DNA of 64,000 bases from Pristiophorus japonicus (GCF_044704955.1 NC_091984.1:128278001-128342000), one strand, 5' to 3'. Counted from the stretch's first letter, positions 51,839 through 63,936 are shown. Notes: generated by a model from the sequence alone, not told the origin. Numbers and translations are program-made.

Positions 51839-52773
51839 AATGAGTGAATGACAGGGTTGGTTTGCAAAATGTGCAAACGTTTTTGACCCATGAATCTTGG
51901 AACTAGAGGCCTCGTCCATCGTGATCAGCAACAGTGGAACACTCAGTGGGTAGTTAATTGTACTACTGTCATTGGAACATTGGAAGTACTTGATGAAAAA
52001 AGATCAGGTCCATCTAGTTGCCTTCTACCACCCTGGCAGTTGCATGATACAACCATAATGGAGTTGTTGGCTAATCATGGCAATCAATCCCATATCAATT
52101 AGAGTACAACAGACCCAGACAATGACATGAGGGAAACCCAAGTGGTGGACAACTTTGGGAACTATAGGTTCAAAGTCACCTTTTGCCTCCCAGGCAAGTT
52201 ACATTTAATACGTACATGTCTCGAATTACACATATACTGTGTCCCAAAATGGTACTTTCTGAAAGAAATCTATCCAATTCGCATTTCTGAGTGTAGAAAC
52301 AGCTTTCCATCCTGAAAATTATTGCTATCTGACACGAACAGGTGTGTGGATGGTAAGGCTGCCAAGACAGATACAAAGTTTCTCGAACCTCTAGGAATAA
52401 TTCACTGCCTGCTGGAGTGAGACTCCACAGCTTCACTGGTCCCTTAATAAGCTCTGAAGGATGAATATCATGTCGGGACCATAAATCATGGTGTTGGCAA
52501 GGCTAATGGCATACAGTAAAAATTGTCTAGCAATTTGTAAGAGAATCGGAACTCATGGCTATCTCTTTATGCAGCAAATTGCTGGCTTTTTTTTATGAAT
52601 TAACAAAGACGAACACTGTTAATGTGTCATTATTTTCCCAACAATTTCTGGGCCAATATCTCCCATCCCATGGATATTCTGATAGAATTAACCTGTCCAA
52701 AATTAAATATTCTTATATCCTGTGTGTGTAGGATAGAACTCCACACTATGTCGGTGTTGGTTTTTGTGTCATT

Positions 52774-52910
52774 AGAACATAACATAAGAAATAGGAGCAG
52801 GAGTAGGCCATTTGGCCCCTCGAGCCTGCTCCACCATTCAATAAGATCATGGCTGATCTGCTCTTGGCCTCAACTACACTTTTCTGACCACTCCCCATAA
52901 CCCTTGACTC
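52774..52910 (-). mobile_element. CR1 3' tail
   Basis: AACATAAGAAATAGGAGCAGGAGTAGGCCATT. Confidence 0.85.
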
Positions 52911-53859
52911 CTCTCTGCAAGGGAATCTCCTGGCATTGTAGGGCAGAAAGTGTTACCTATTGAACAAAGGCACACTGGGTGTGAAGGAAGTTTGTATGTC
53001 TGGAGATCAGCAATAGATGCATCACTTGATGTGACAGGAAGCTTTAAATGCTAGCCCTTAAATAACATCACCCATCTCTGAAAATAATGGTGATCTTTCT
53101 GTGTTTTCCAATTTTAACCTGCATCTAGCAATGTCTATGGAAGACCTGTGATCTATCATATGGGGAGGTTGGCGGAACTCAATAGATTATTTTTACATTT
53201 GAGATCTTCCTTGCTAAACAACTGTAGCACAAATGAATCTGTGCCTTTCTCTCCTGAAGCAGCAATATAATTGAGCGAACACTGTTGATAATCTCCAATG
53301 GACGTCATTCCTATATCAGCAGCTAGGCAGATATCACATTGCACTGGAGCACAAATCCTCCGCTTATAAAGATCACACCATTGGAAGTATTTGCATATGT
53401 TAAGACAAACGAAACTCCATATGGTGAGCATTTTACATGTGTGGAATAATTTTAGCTGCAAGAATGGCTGTGCTCAATAAAATAACAGCAGTAAAACACA
53501 CATCAGCGATATGAGTTTAATTAGTACAGTTAAAACACTATCATTATCAAGAATTTCTGATTTACTTTGCTGACTATGAACTCACATCTGTGAGCATTAA
53601 GTGAACTCAGCAAATTGTTTCTGAAGGCGGATGAAGTCAGAATATTCCAGATTTGCACTTCTAATAGCTATCGCACATGGGAGTGAAAAGCAAGCGTATG
53701 CTTAAAGAGTTATTTGGTTAACAAATGTGTAATACAAAGCAATTCTTTTTTTGTAATACTCAGCAATATGAAGTGACTGCAGATGGGGCAAACATATTTG
53801 TCTGACTCTATATGTAGCCAATTAAGTGGGGCCTGCACGCTTTATCTAATTTTTTTTTT

Positions 53860-54190
53860 TAAATGCATGCTTTTTGGGGTTAGTTGCTTAGATATTAGGA
53901 GTTGCTCCAGTTTTTTTGGAGCAACGAGATTTTTTTTGAGCAATTTAAAAATCGCAAATCTCCCCATTTAAGTTGCTCCGGTGTAAGTGAGTTAGATCGG
54001 GTTTTTTTTTAGTTCCCTTTTTTTTTCAAAGGGCACCGTTACCAGCCTCTTATGTCTGTTTTGGCCATTTAAGCAAGTTTAGCCAGCTAAAACTTACTCC
54101 AAACTAAGTTAGGCCAGAGTAAGTGGCCACTTTTGTACATTCTGAAAAACCCTGCGGTGAATGAAGAGATTAGCGCAGGTAGCCTCCAAA
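53860..54190. mobile_element. MITE fragment related to 2819-4420 and 7854-8690
   Basis: GAGTTGCTCCAG(T)nGGAGCAAC; TTCTGAAAAACC; GCGCAGGTA. Confidence 0.6.
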
Positions 54191-54379
54191 TAACGGTGTT
54201 ATGATAGGAATGCTAGTTTTTTTTTAAAAACCCAAGCAGTGAGATTGGACAGGGTGTAGGTGCTATCAGCCTGATTAAACTGAGTATATTTTTACGAAAG
54301 ATAGCTAGATATTAAAGTACTGGAAAATCTTTGAAGATTCTTTTATCCACATCCCCCCCGCCCCAGCCCCCACCAGAAC

Positions 54380-55712
54380 AAAACTCTTCCCCTTTCCCCC
54401 CCCATCAAAACTCTAACCTTGCCCCTCCCCCATCAAAACTCCTCCTCTCCCCACTTTCCCCATCAAACTCTCCCCCTCCCTCCCATCAAAACTCTCCCCC
54501 TCCCTCCCATCAAAACTCTCCCCCTCCCTCCCATCAAAACTCTCCCCCTCCCTCCCATCAAAACTCTCCCCCTCCCTCCCATCAAAACTCTCCCCCTCCC
54601 TCCCATCAACACTCTCCCCCTCCCTCCCATCAAAACTCTCCCCCTCCCTCCCATCAAAACTCTCCCCCTCCCTCCCATCAAAACTCTCCCCCTCCCTCCC
54701 ATCAAAACTCTCCCCCTCCCTCCCATCAAAACTCTCTCCTTCCCTCCCATCAAAACTCTCCCCCTCCCTCCCATCAAAACTCTCCCTCTCCCTCCCATCA
54801 AAACTCTCCCCCTCCCTCCCATCAAAACTCTCCCCCTCCCTCCCATCAAAACTCTCCCCCTCCCTCCCATCAAAACTCTCCCCCTCCCTCCCATCAAAAC
54901 TCTCCCCCTCCCTCCCATCAAAACTCTCCCCCTCCCTCCCATCAAAACTCTCCCCCTCCCTCCCATCAAAACTCTCCCCCTCCCTCCCATCAAAACTCTC
55001 CCCCTCCCTCCCATCAAAACTCTCCCCCTCCCTCCCATCAAAACTCTCCCCCTCCCTCCCATCAAAACTCTCCCCCTCCCTCCCATCAAAACTCTCCCCC
55101 TCCCTCCCATCAAAACTCTCCCCCTCCCTCCCATCAAAACTCTCCCCCTCCCTCCCATCAAAACTCATCACCCCTCCCCCCATCAAAACTCTTCTCCTCC
55201 CCCATCAAAACTCTTCCCCTCCCCCATCAAAACTCTTCCCCTCCCCCATCAAAACTCTTCCCCTCCCCTATCAAAACTCTTCCCCTCCTCCCATCAAAAC
55301 TCTTCCCCTCCCCCCATCAAAACTCTTCCCCTCCCCCCATCAAAACTCTTCCCCTCCCCCATCAAAACACTTCCCCTCCCCCCATCAAAACTCTTCCCCT
55401 CCCCCCATCAAAATTCTTCCCCTCCCCCCATCAAAACTCTTCCCCTCCCCCCAGCAAAACTCTTCCCCTCCCCCCATCAAAACTCTTCCCCTCCCCCCAT
55501 CAAAACTCTTCCCCTCCCCCCATCAAAACTCTTCCCCTCCCCCCATCAAAACTCTTCCCCTCCCCCCATCAAAACTCATCACCCCTGCCCCCATCAAAAC
55601 TCTACCCCACCCCCCATCAAAACTCTTCCCCTCCCTCACCATCAAAACTCTTCCCCTCCCCCGCAAAGTCTTCCCCTCACCTCCCCATCAAAACTCTTCC
55701 CCCCCCCCCCCC
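54380..55712. repeat. Minisatellite: 24-bp CCATCAAAACTCTCCCCCTCCCTC (~29 copies, 54460-55165) then 22-23-bp variants
   Basis: Directly visible tandem array; accounts for the four long low-complexity ORFs. Confidence 0.97.
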
Positions 55713-55806
55713 CGCCATCAACCTGTCTCTTTGTAGTCCTCAGCGTGGGGAGACAGTGGCCGGCCTGTGCAGCAGGTCACTCAGCCCGAGATAGGGGCGA
55801 CGAACA

Positions 55807-56350
55807 GGCTGGCCTCCCACATTCTACCCTCCGTAAACTAGAAGTGATCCAAAACTCGGCTGCTCGTGTCCCAACTCACCAATTCCCGCTCTTTTATCAC
55901 CCCTGTGCTCACTGACTTACATTGGCTCCCGGTTAATCAATGCCTCAATTTCAAAATTCTTATCCTTGTTTTCAAATCCCTCCATGTCCTCACCCCTCCC
56001 GATCTCTGTAATCTCCTCCAGCCCCACAACCCCTTGAGGTGTCTGCGCTTCTCGAATTCTGCCCTCCTGAGCATCCCTGATTATAATCGCTCAACCATTT
56101 GTGTCCGTGCCTTCTGTTGCCTCGGCCCCAAGCTCTGGAACTCCCTGCCTAAACCTCTCCACCTCTCTATCTCTCTTTCCTCCTTCAAGATGCTCCTTAA
56201 AACATACCTTTTGACCAAGCTTTTGGTCACCTGCGCTAATTTCTACTCATGCAGCTCGGTGTCAAATTTTTTATCTCACAATACTCCTGTGCGCCTTGGG
56301 ACGTTTCGTTACATTAAAGGCGCTATATAAATTCATTTTGTCGTTGTTGT
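55807..56350 (+). mobile_element. L2 LINE 3' fragment
   Basis: KLEVIQNSAARV..ITPVLTDLHWLPV..FKILILVFKSL. Confidence 0.92.
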
Positions 56351-56884
56351 AGAGCTATCAATCCGACCACCCTGAATCCCAATCTTGGATTAAATTGCAT
56401 GGTGACTGTGGTCATATTGCCTTCTGGCATTAGACTGAAGTGCTTATTGAGTGTAATTTACCCGTGTCCGAGCCTTGGGCTAAAGTGATTGGTGTGTGTG
56501 GTCACCCTAAGTCCCAACCTTGGATTAAACAGCTTGGGGATTGTTATCACCCTGAGCTGCACTCTTCAAATAATTAGCAAGTTTTGTCTGTGAACCTGCT
56601 AATATTTATTATTTTATACAATCAAGGTATGCTAAGGCAGTTCAATGTTTGACCTTCTTCTACAATCTTTTCTTCTTGTTGAGAAGAAATTGTTACAAAC
56701 TGCAGTACCTCCGGTTCTCAAGATGAACATTCAGCTTGAGATCCATCTCCACCTTTTACTTACCCATGCTCAGTGCTGCTGCATATACAGGATTCTGGCT
56801 GCTATAATCCCCGGCAACAATGTATTTTCAACACAGCAGACCTTTATCTGCATTCAGCAGGTACCAAAGGAGATCCTATTCTTC

Positions 56885-57520
56885 TTAAGCGGTCCCTCGT
56901 ATCGAGGATGATTTGCTTCTACCAAAAAGGGATGAGTTCACAGGTGTTTCAATGAAGGACCTATTATTCCAGGTCCCGAACTGCATATTGAAGGGTGGAA
57001 GATGCCCGTGCAGGGATTTTTTTAACATGTGATGATCATTGCACACCAGCCACCACACGGGCTTGACAGAGCTAGGTCTTGGTCCAGTGGCAAGGATTAA
57101 CCAAGATGACTGGAGACCAGCTCTGCAGCATGGACCTAGTGCGCACACACATCGCAGTGTGGGCTGGCCCGTGCCGCCCCGGGGCCCTTGCCTCTTCTGG
57201 GTCCCGAACTCGCGCCTCTCCTGGGCCCCGATCATGTTGCTCTACAATCTCTACTGCTCCTTCTCCCCGACCTCACCGCTCCCGTTGTACCTGCCCACGT
57301 TCCAATTCGCAACCTGGATTTTGGTGACATCCAATCCAGTCGCCCTCTCCACAGCCGTCGCCCTCCTGGATCGGCTCGCACTGTGCCTTGCAGTGGCATG
57401 CCGCCGCACCTCGGCTCCTTGTATGGCCCCGACCTGCCGCAAATGGTTCCTCGCAGATCAGGGCCTCGCTGTGGGCCAGGCTGCCGCACCTCTGATCCTT
57501 TTATGGCCCCAACCTGCTGC
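56885..57520 (-). mobile_element. Second copy of the RTE-derived bipartite retroposon
   Basis: Reverse complement of 890-1375; MQFGTWNNRSF start fused to the RTE 3' end. Confidence 0.85.
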
Positions 57521-57979
57521 AGATGAGATCTGAATGAGGACAGGAAGGTGTTTAATTTTAAGTTGAGTGATATTGTTTAAATGAGCGTAGGGACTCTTCT
57601 CTTTCTCATCACTTTTATACTTGACATATTGAATAATGCATTGAAACAGTGCAACAATTTTGTGCTTGGCTATGAAATAATATTAAAAGTTCAGAAAGAA
57701 TCAAGTCGAAACTACTGAGGTACAAGCAGAACATCCTCCCCCTCTTCTACTCCTCTAGTTTTCTGCCTTAACCTTTTTCTTGAAGGTGGCAACTCATGCT
57801 GAGATTCACCTCCTTCAATTAAAATGGCCTAAGGCATATAACCTCAGTTGCCATTCTAAGTGTCCTGGCTAGCATTTATCCCTCAACCGACAACACCACA
57901 ACAGATCATCTAGTCCTTTATCTCACTGCTATTAGTAGGATTTTTGCTGGGCGCAAATTAAGCTGCTGCATTTCCTACC

Positions 57980-58410
57980 TGAGTCAGAAGGTTCTGGCTT
58001 CAAGTCCCACTCCAGAGGCTTGAGCATAAAAATCTAGGCTGACACTCCAGTGAAGTGCTGAGGGAGCGCTGCACTGTCGGAGGTGCCGTCTTTCGGATGA
58101 TATGTTAAACCGAGGCCCTACCTGCTCTCTTAGGCAGACGTTAAAGATCACATGGAACTATTTTGAAGAAGAGCAGCGGAGTAATCCCCAGTGTCCTGGC
58201 CAATAGTTATCCGTCAATCAACATCACTAAAAAAACAGATTATCTGGTCATCATCACAATGTTGTTTGTGGGAGCTTGTTGTGCGCAAATTGGCTGCTGT
58301 GTTTCCTACATTACAACAGTGACTACACTTCAGAAGTACTTCATTGGCTGTAAAGCGCTTTAGGACATCTGGTGGTCATGCAAGGCGCTATATTAATGCA
58401 AGTCTTTATT
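57980..58410 (+). mobile_element. DeuSINE (SacSINE1-like), with an extra Deu fragment at ~57860-57978
   Basis: B-box-like TTCAAGTCCCAC, Deu domain and tail as in 37600-38066. Confidence 0.85.
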
Positions 58411-58969
58411 TTTCATAACAGTGACAAGAATTCAAAAGCAGTTGAAGCAAATGGTTTGGAGCTCTGAAGAATTAAAACGTGTTTTTTTTAAATTACATAG
58501 ATCGGAATATTGGTGGAACTGATGTAAGGGGGTGGTCTCTATGAGGGGGTCAGGTTCCCTTCTGACCAACCTGAGCGGTTCGAATCGCTCCCACTCCCTT
58601 GGGTTCTGTACTCTGGATTTATTTGGGACAAAAGTGCAAAGGACACTGGTTTGATGCAAAAGAACTTTGTTTTTATTATAGTCAAAGTAATACATGCTTA
58701 TTACTCTCGTAAGAAAATACAAGGCCAAACTTACAATCACTCTAATAAAGGACAGTACAAGGAAAGGTACAAGGTCAAACTTAAAATCACTCCAATAAGG
58801 AACCATGCACTACACATTCAAAGGGGGTTACAGTAAATTATACCTCCCACCTCCCAATACCTAATTCTAGCTAGGTTAGACTCCAGGGCAGGCAAGGACT
58901 ATGCTTACCAATCCTTTTGATAGTTAACGATAGATTGCGGTTATTTTTCTCTTGATACCACGTTGACTG

Positions 58970-61078
58970 AATGGATGAATTACAACAATTGTACATTCCT
59001 GTCTGGCGTAAAAATAAAAAAGGGAAGGTGGCTCAACCGTGGCTATCTAGGGAAATCAGGGATAGTATTAAAGCCAAGGAAATGGCATACAAATTGGCCA
59101 GAAATAGCAGCGAACCTGGGGACTGGGAGAAATTTAGAACTCAGCAGAGGAGGACAAAGGGTTTGATTAGGGCAGGGAAAATGGAGTACGAGAAGAAGCT
59201 TGCAGGGAACATTAAGGCGGATTGCAAAAGTTTCTATAGGTATGCAAAGAGAAAAAGGTTAGTAAAGACAAACGTAGGTCCCCTGCAGTCAGAATCAGGG
59301 GAAGTCATAACGGGGAACAAAGAAATGGCAGACCAATTGAACAAGTACTTTGGTTCAGTATTCACTAAGGAGGACACAAACAACCTTCCGGATATAAAAG
59401 TGGTCAGAGGGTCTATTAAGGAGGAGGAACTGAGGGAAATCTTTATTAGTCGGGAAATTGTGTTGGGGAAATTGATGGGATTGAAGGCCGATAAATCCCC
59501 AGGGCCTGATGGACTGCATCCCAGAGTACTTAAGGAGGTGGCCTTGGAAATAGCGAATGCATTGACAGTCATTTTCCAACATTCTATTGACTCTGGATCA
59601 GTTCCTATCGAGTGGAGGGTAGCCAATGTAACCCCACTTTTTAAAAAAGGAGGGAGAGAGAAAGCAGGGAATTATAGACCGGTCAGCCTGACCTCAGTAG
59701 TGGGTAAAATGATGGAATCAATTGTTAAGGATGTCATAGCAACGCATTTGGAAAATGGTGACATGATAGGTCCAAGTCAGCATGGATTTGTGAAAGGGAG
59801 ATCATGCTTGACAAATCTTCTGGAATTTTTTGAGGATGTTTCCAATAAAGTGGACAAAGGAGTACCAGTTGATGTGGTATATTTGGACTTTCAGAAGGCT
59901 TTCGACAAGGTCCCACACAGGAGATTAATGTGCAAAGTTAAAGCACATGGGATTGGGGGTAGTGTGCTGACGTGGATTGAGAACTGGTTGTCAGACAGGA
60001 AACAAAGAGTAGGAGTAAATGGGTACTTTTCGGAATGGCAGGCAGTGACTAGTGGGGTACCGCAGGGTTCTGTGCTGGGGCCCCAGCTGTTTACATTGTA
60101 CATTAATGATTTAGACGAGGGGATTAAATGTAGTATCTCCAAATTTGCGGATGACACTAAGTTGGGTGGCAGTGTGAGCTGCGAGGAGGATGCTATGAGG
60201 CTACAGAGTGACTTGGATAGGTTAGGTGAGTGGGCAAATGCATGGCAGATGAAGTATAATGTGGATAAATGTGAGGTTATCCACTTTGGTGGTAAAAACA
60301 GAGAGACAGACTATTATCTGAATGGTGACAGATTAGGAAAAGGGAAGGTGCAACGAGACCTGGGTGTCATGGTACATCAGTCATTGAAGGTTGGCATGCA
60401 GGTACAGCAGGCGGTTAAGAAAGCAAATGGCATGTTGGCCTTCATAGCGAGGGGATTTGAGTACAGGGGCAGGGAGGTGTTGCTACAGTTGTACAGGGCC
60501 TTGGTGAGGCCACACCTGGAGTATTGTGTACAGTTTTGGTCTCCTAACTTGAGGAAGGACATTCTTGCTATTGAGGGAGTGCAGCGAAGATTCACCAGAC
60601 TGATTCCCGGGATCTATCAAGAAAGACTGGATCAACTGGGCTTGTATTCACTGGAGTTCAGAAGAGTGAGAGGGGACCTCATAGAAACGTTTAAAATTCT
60701 GACGGGTTTGGACAGGTTGGATGCAGGAAGAATGTTCCCAATGTTGGGGAAGTCCAGAACCAGGGTCACAGTCTAAGGATAAGGGGTAAGCCATTTAGGA
60801 CCGAGATAAGGAGAAACTTCTTCACCCAGAGAGTGGTGAACCTGTGGAATTCTCTACCACAGGAAGTAGTTGAGGCCAATTCACTAAATATATTCAAAAG
60901 GGAGTTTGATGAAGTCCTTACTACTCGGGGGATCAAGGGTTATGGCGTGAAAGCAGGAAGTGGGTACTGAAGTTTCATATTCAGCCATGAACTCATTGAA
61001 TGGCGGTGCAGGCTAGAAGGGCTGAATGGCCTGCTCCTGCACCTATTTTCTATGTTTCTATGTTTCTATGTTTCTATG
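58970..61078 (+). mobile_element. Young 5'-truncated CR1 LINE inserted in the LTR
   Basis: (TTTCTATG)4 tail; TGACTG duplicated at 58964-58969 and 61077-61082. Confidence 0.97.
58971..60776 (+). CDS. CR1 ORF2 partial, reverse transcriptase domain intact, endonuclease missing
   Basis: 601-aa open frame with KSPGPDG, NYRPVSLTS, YLDFQKAFDKVPH, GVPQGSVLGP, FADDTK; small deletion and terminal frameshift near the C-terminus. Confidence 0.9.
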   Translation: MDELQQLYIPVWRKNKKGKVAQPWLSREIRDSIKAKEMAYKLARNSSEPGDWEKFRTQQRRTKGLIRAGKMEYEKKLAGNIKADCKSFYRYAKRKRLVKTNVGPLQSESGEVITGNKEMADQLNKYFGSVFTKEDTNNLPDIKVVRGSIKEEELREIFISREIVLGKLMGLKADKSPGPDGLHPRVLKEVALEIANALTVIFQHSIDSGSVPIEWRVANVTPLFKKGGREKAGNYRPVSLTSVVGKMMESIVKDVIATHLENGDMIGPSQHGFVKGRSCLTNLLEFFEDVSNKVDKGVPVDVVYLDFQKAFDKVPHRRLMCKVKAHGIGGSVLTWIENWLSDRKQRVGVNGYFSEWQAVTSGVPQGSVLGPQLFTLYINDLDEGIKCSISKFADDTKLGGSVSCEEDAMRLQSDLDRLGEWANAWQMKYNVDKCEVIHFGGKNRETDYYLNGDRLGKGKVQRDLGVMVHQSLKVGMQVQQAVKKANGMLAFIARGFEYRGREVLLQLYRALVRPHLEYCVQFWSPNLRKDILAIEGVQRRFTRLIPGIYQERLDQLGLYSLEFRRVRGDLIETFKILTGLDRLDAGRMFPMLGKSRTRVTV

Positions 61079-62311
61079 ACTGTGGTCGGTCACTGCTGCA
61101 ATGGTGATGTTCTTCCTTCCTTCAGGACTTCAGGACTTCAGGACTTCGAGGCTGGAGAAGTTAGTTTACTGTTGCATTGGTTTCTCTCCTTGTCGTGATG
61201 ACATACTCGCAGTATAGCACCTGGTGTAGTATGGCATTGGAGGCAGCCTTGTAGCTATCTAGCAACCACCTAACCTCTGTTGAAAACAGGGACCAGTTAT
61301 ACGATTTCAGGGTTCAATCCTGGCGCCAAATCAGTTCAAAATCCTTTGTATAATTTTGGCGGGCTTGGTTCTTCTTTGTAATGTTTTGTTAGGCTTGTTA
61401 AAAGTTGATATGTTTTGGGTGAGTTGATGTTCGAAAACTGTTTCCTGATGGAAATATTAGTTTGGTAATTGCAATGTCCTTTTGTGCTTAGTCTTTCGCA
61501 TACAATGCGATTGCGCCTCTTTGTGATGTATATGCTGAAATGGTTGTCCAGACCCATGTTGATGGGTAGCTACCTCTGGGTGATTTTGTGATGTTAATGT
61601 CTCTTGTGGAGAAGGATTTTCGAATACTCATCCCTCCAGACAGGTTAACTTAGTCCTCACACCCAGGTAGCTTCACTTAATTAGACTGTCTGCTGAAGTG
61701 ATTCTGTAGGTCCGGCCACAGCCTTAAGTTTGTCTTTTAAAATCCAATATTCTATTAAAGTTCATTGTTTTTTCCATAAGCACTTTAGAGTTCCAAACTT
61801 TTCGGTAGATAGTCCCAAATTAAATTTCCTTTTGAATGAGCCCAAACATTGGGGGGAGTTTCTTGTGAATTTTGCATTCCTTCATTCCCCTCTGTTGACA
61901 CTCCATACTCTTGAGTGTCAATCAAGGTAAGCAAAATTCCTGCTCCCGAGAGCCAACCTTCCCTGCATTTATACCAACTAAACATTACCCTGCATCCCCT
62001 GTTGAAATGCAAATGCAATTTACAGGCGAATACAGTCGTTACAATTCGGTTGCAGTATAGAGAGGGTATCATGTCCCTCTTTTATTTAATTTTCATAGTG
62101 GAATAACGGTACATGGCCAAACACAGTTCTAAGTAAAACAAGTAAAAGCACATAGTCAAACACATTCTCAAGTATTTTAAAGGTCCATAGTCAAACACAT
62201 TTTAAGTTCAGTACAAAGTCAAAACATTTCAAGAAACACTCTCACAATACTTGAGATTTTGCGGTTTACAGCAGGTAAAATTAAACACAAATGAAACATG
62301 GTAGTATGGTG

Positions 62312-63936
62312 TCACCCCCTCCCTGCGTGATTCCCCAGTTCAGCCAAGGAGCATACAGCACCCTTTGGTGCCTGATCTGACGGCCTCTGCGTTTTACTCA
62401 GCAAGTGAGACACCATAAGTAAAGTATAATCGCGAGTTGACAAATAACTAAAGTATGGGAAGCGATTCTGATCCAGACTGGGACTTCTATATTTCTGAAA
62501 AGGTCCCACCAAGGCGGAATGGTGATCTCAAGAATCTTTTTCCCTATCTCAATGGTTTTTTGTTCTAGAGTATAGAAGTGTTTTTGTGAGATAATTACAG
62601 CTTTTAGCAGAGCGGTAAGATGTTCGGGTAGAGGGGGAATTGCATAGCCAAAATGTACAACATAATCCGGCAGGTTTGTAATGTTTTCCTTCAGTGAGGT
62701 GGACAGTGGAGGGTTCAGGAATGGGGACAATCCGTTCCTGGGCCACTTGAACTGATGCCCCAGGTTTGAAGCAAAAACTGCTGTCACTCACCGGACACCA
62801 GAAGTGTCCATGCTGGTAGTGGGGTGCACTGGTGGTGACACAATATGTCCCACCCCCTATGTATGTTACCTGTGGAGGGACAGGGTCTTGTGCAATTACC
62901 TCCATGATGCAGTTAATAGGCTGTATACCAGCAGCTTTAAACCCACACTGTGACTTAGAATGGGCACTCAAGTACTGGGGACACAGTATTACGTGGGCAC
63001 CCTGTCTCTGACACCCGGAGAGGTCAGTACCCGTTACAGCGTGCTCCCACTTTATAACATAGGGTGGGACCGCTGCGAAACGAATGTGTGCACCTCCCTG
63101 AATATCTCCAATGTTTTCCACCCGGTATACCGGTGCAGATCGAGCTCTCCCACCCATGACCGGCATTCTTAATACTATTCCCATAATGGTGTGGTTAGAT
63201 TTCCCACAGTCTACTGGGACAGGATAGGCTTCAGAGGCTAAGTGGAGCTGGCACAGGCTTAGTGAATTGCTGTTACGGGTGGAGGGCTGCGAGGTGCTTG
63301 TTCCTGATCCAAGAGGAGACTACACCTTGTTTTAAATCCTTCAGGTTGTTGCGGTCCTTGCCCAACCACCATGCCCCATACAGTACGCACACCTCGTTCT
63401 GTGCAGCCTGGTCAGAAGCGTTTCTATCCTCCCGCATTCACTGTCTGTGCATGTTTTTCCAGCTCAGCCACAATTTCTTTTAAATGGACAATCATAGCCT
63501 GGTCCTCGTGTCGTTCTAATCCTACTACAGTGTTCTCCTGTTTCAGGATTTTTCACAATTGGATCTTTAAACTGTTTATCTGTGTTTGCAGTTCTATGTC
63601 ATCTAGGCTATTTATTATAGAGGATGCTCTATTGTAGGTAGTGAAAACATCGTTTATGATTCCTCTTCTAGGTCTCCCCGAGCCCTTGGTATCCTTAGCG
63701 TTTAGGGTGTATAGGTCTGCTTTGTCTACATTTCCAAAGTCTAACTCATAAAATTTCTTGAACATGTCTCTAAGTAGGGCCTGGTATAGCAGCTCTGTTT
63801 CCTTCGGATACCATGCAGGTAGGTGTACCTCGGTAAGGTTTAATATCACTGAAGCTACTGCATAATGTACCCCCTGGTAGAACACCTTTTCAGTCGGTAC
63901 CAATACTAATCCATTTCCAGGTCCCTTGGTGCTGGT
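62312..63936 (-). pseudogene. env: Retroviral-like envelope / class I F-type fusion glycoprotein, disrupted
   Basis: Furin site RPRR|GIINDVF (63675-63664), heptad repeat, Cys-rich region VENIG..DLSGCQRQ..ILC..QCG..NC..GTYCV, C-terminal heptad, TM segment IASHTLVICQLAIILYLWCL; several stops and ~3 frameshifts. Confidence 0.85.

Larger units (their letters stand above)
58523..62314 (-). mobile_element. 3' LTR (and 3' untranslated region) of an env-bearing LTR retroelement, split by a CR1
   Basis: Lies downstream of env; candidate PPTs AGGGAGGGGG|TG (62314) or AAAAGAGGGA-CA|TG (62071); AATAAA at 58677-58672; ends ...CTTACA at 58523. Confidence 0.65.

Noticed and set aside
54460-55165. CRISPR-like regular repeats
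   Set aside because: Units are head-to-tail with no unique spacers, the context is eukaryotic and there are no cas genes.
54331-55915. Long Pro-rich and Gly-rich ORFs of 232-498 aa
   Set aside because: Stop-free translations of the minisatellite in several frames on both strands; no gene context.
61336-62106. Accessory viral ORFs between env and the LTR end
   Set aside because: Only short ORFs (<100 aa) with no recognisable motifs; cannot be supported without intact paralogues.
62312-63936. Domesticated syncytin-like env gene
   Set aside because: Multiple stops, frameshifts and a CR1 insertion show this copy is non-functional.
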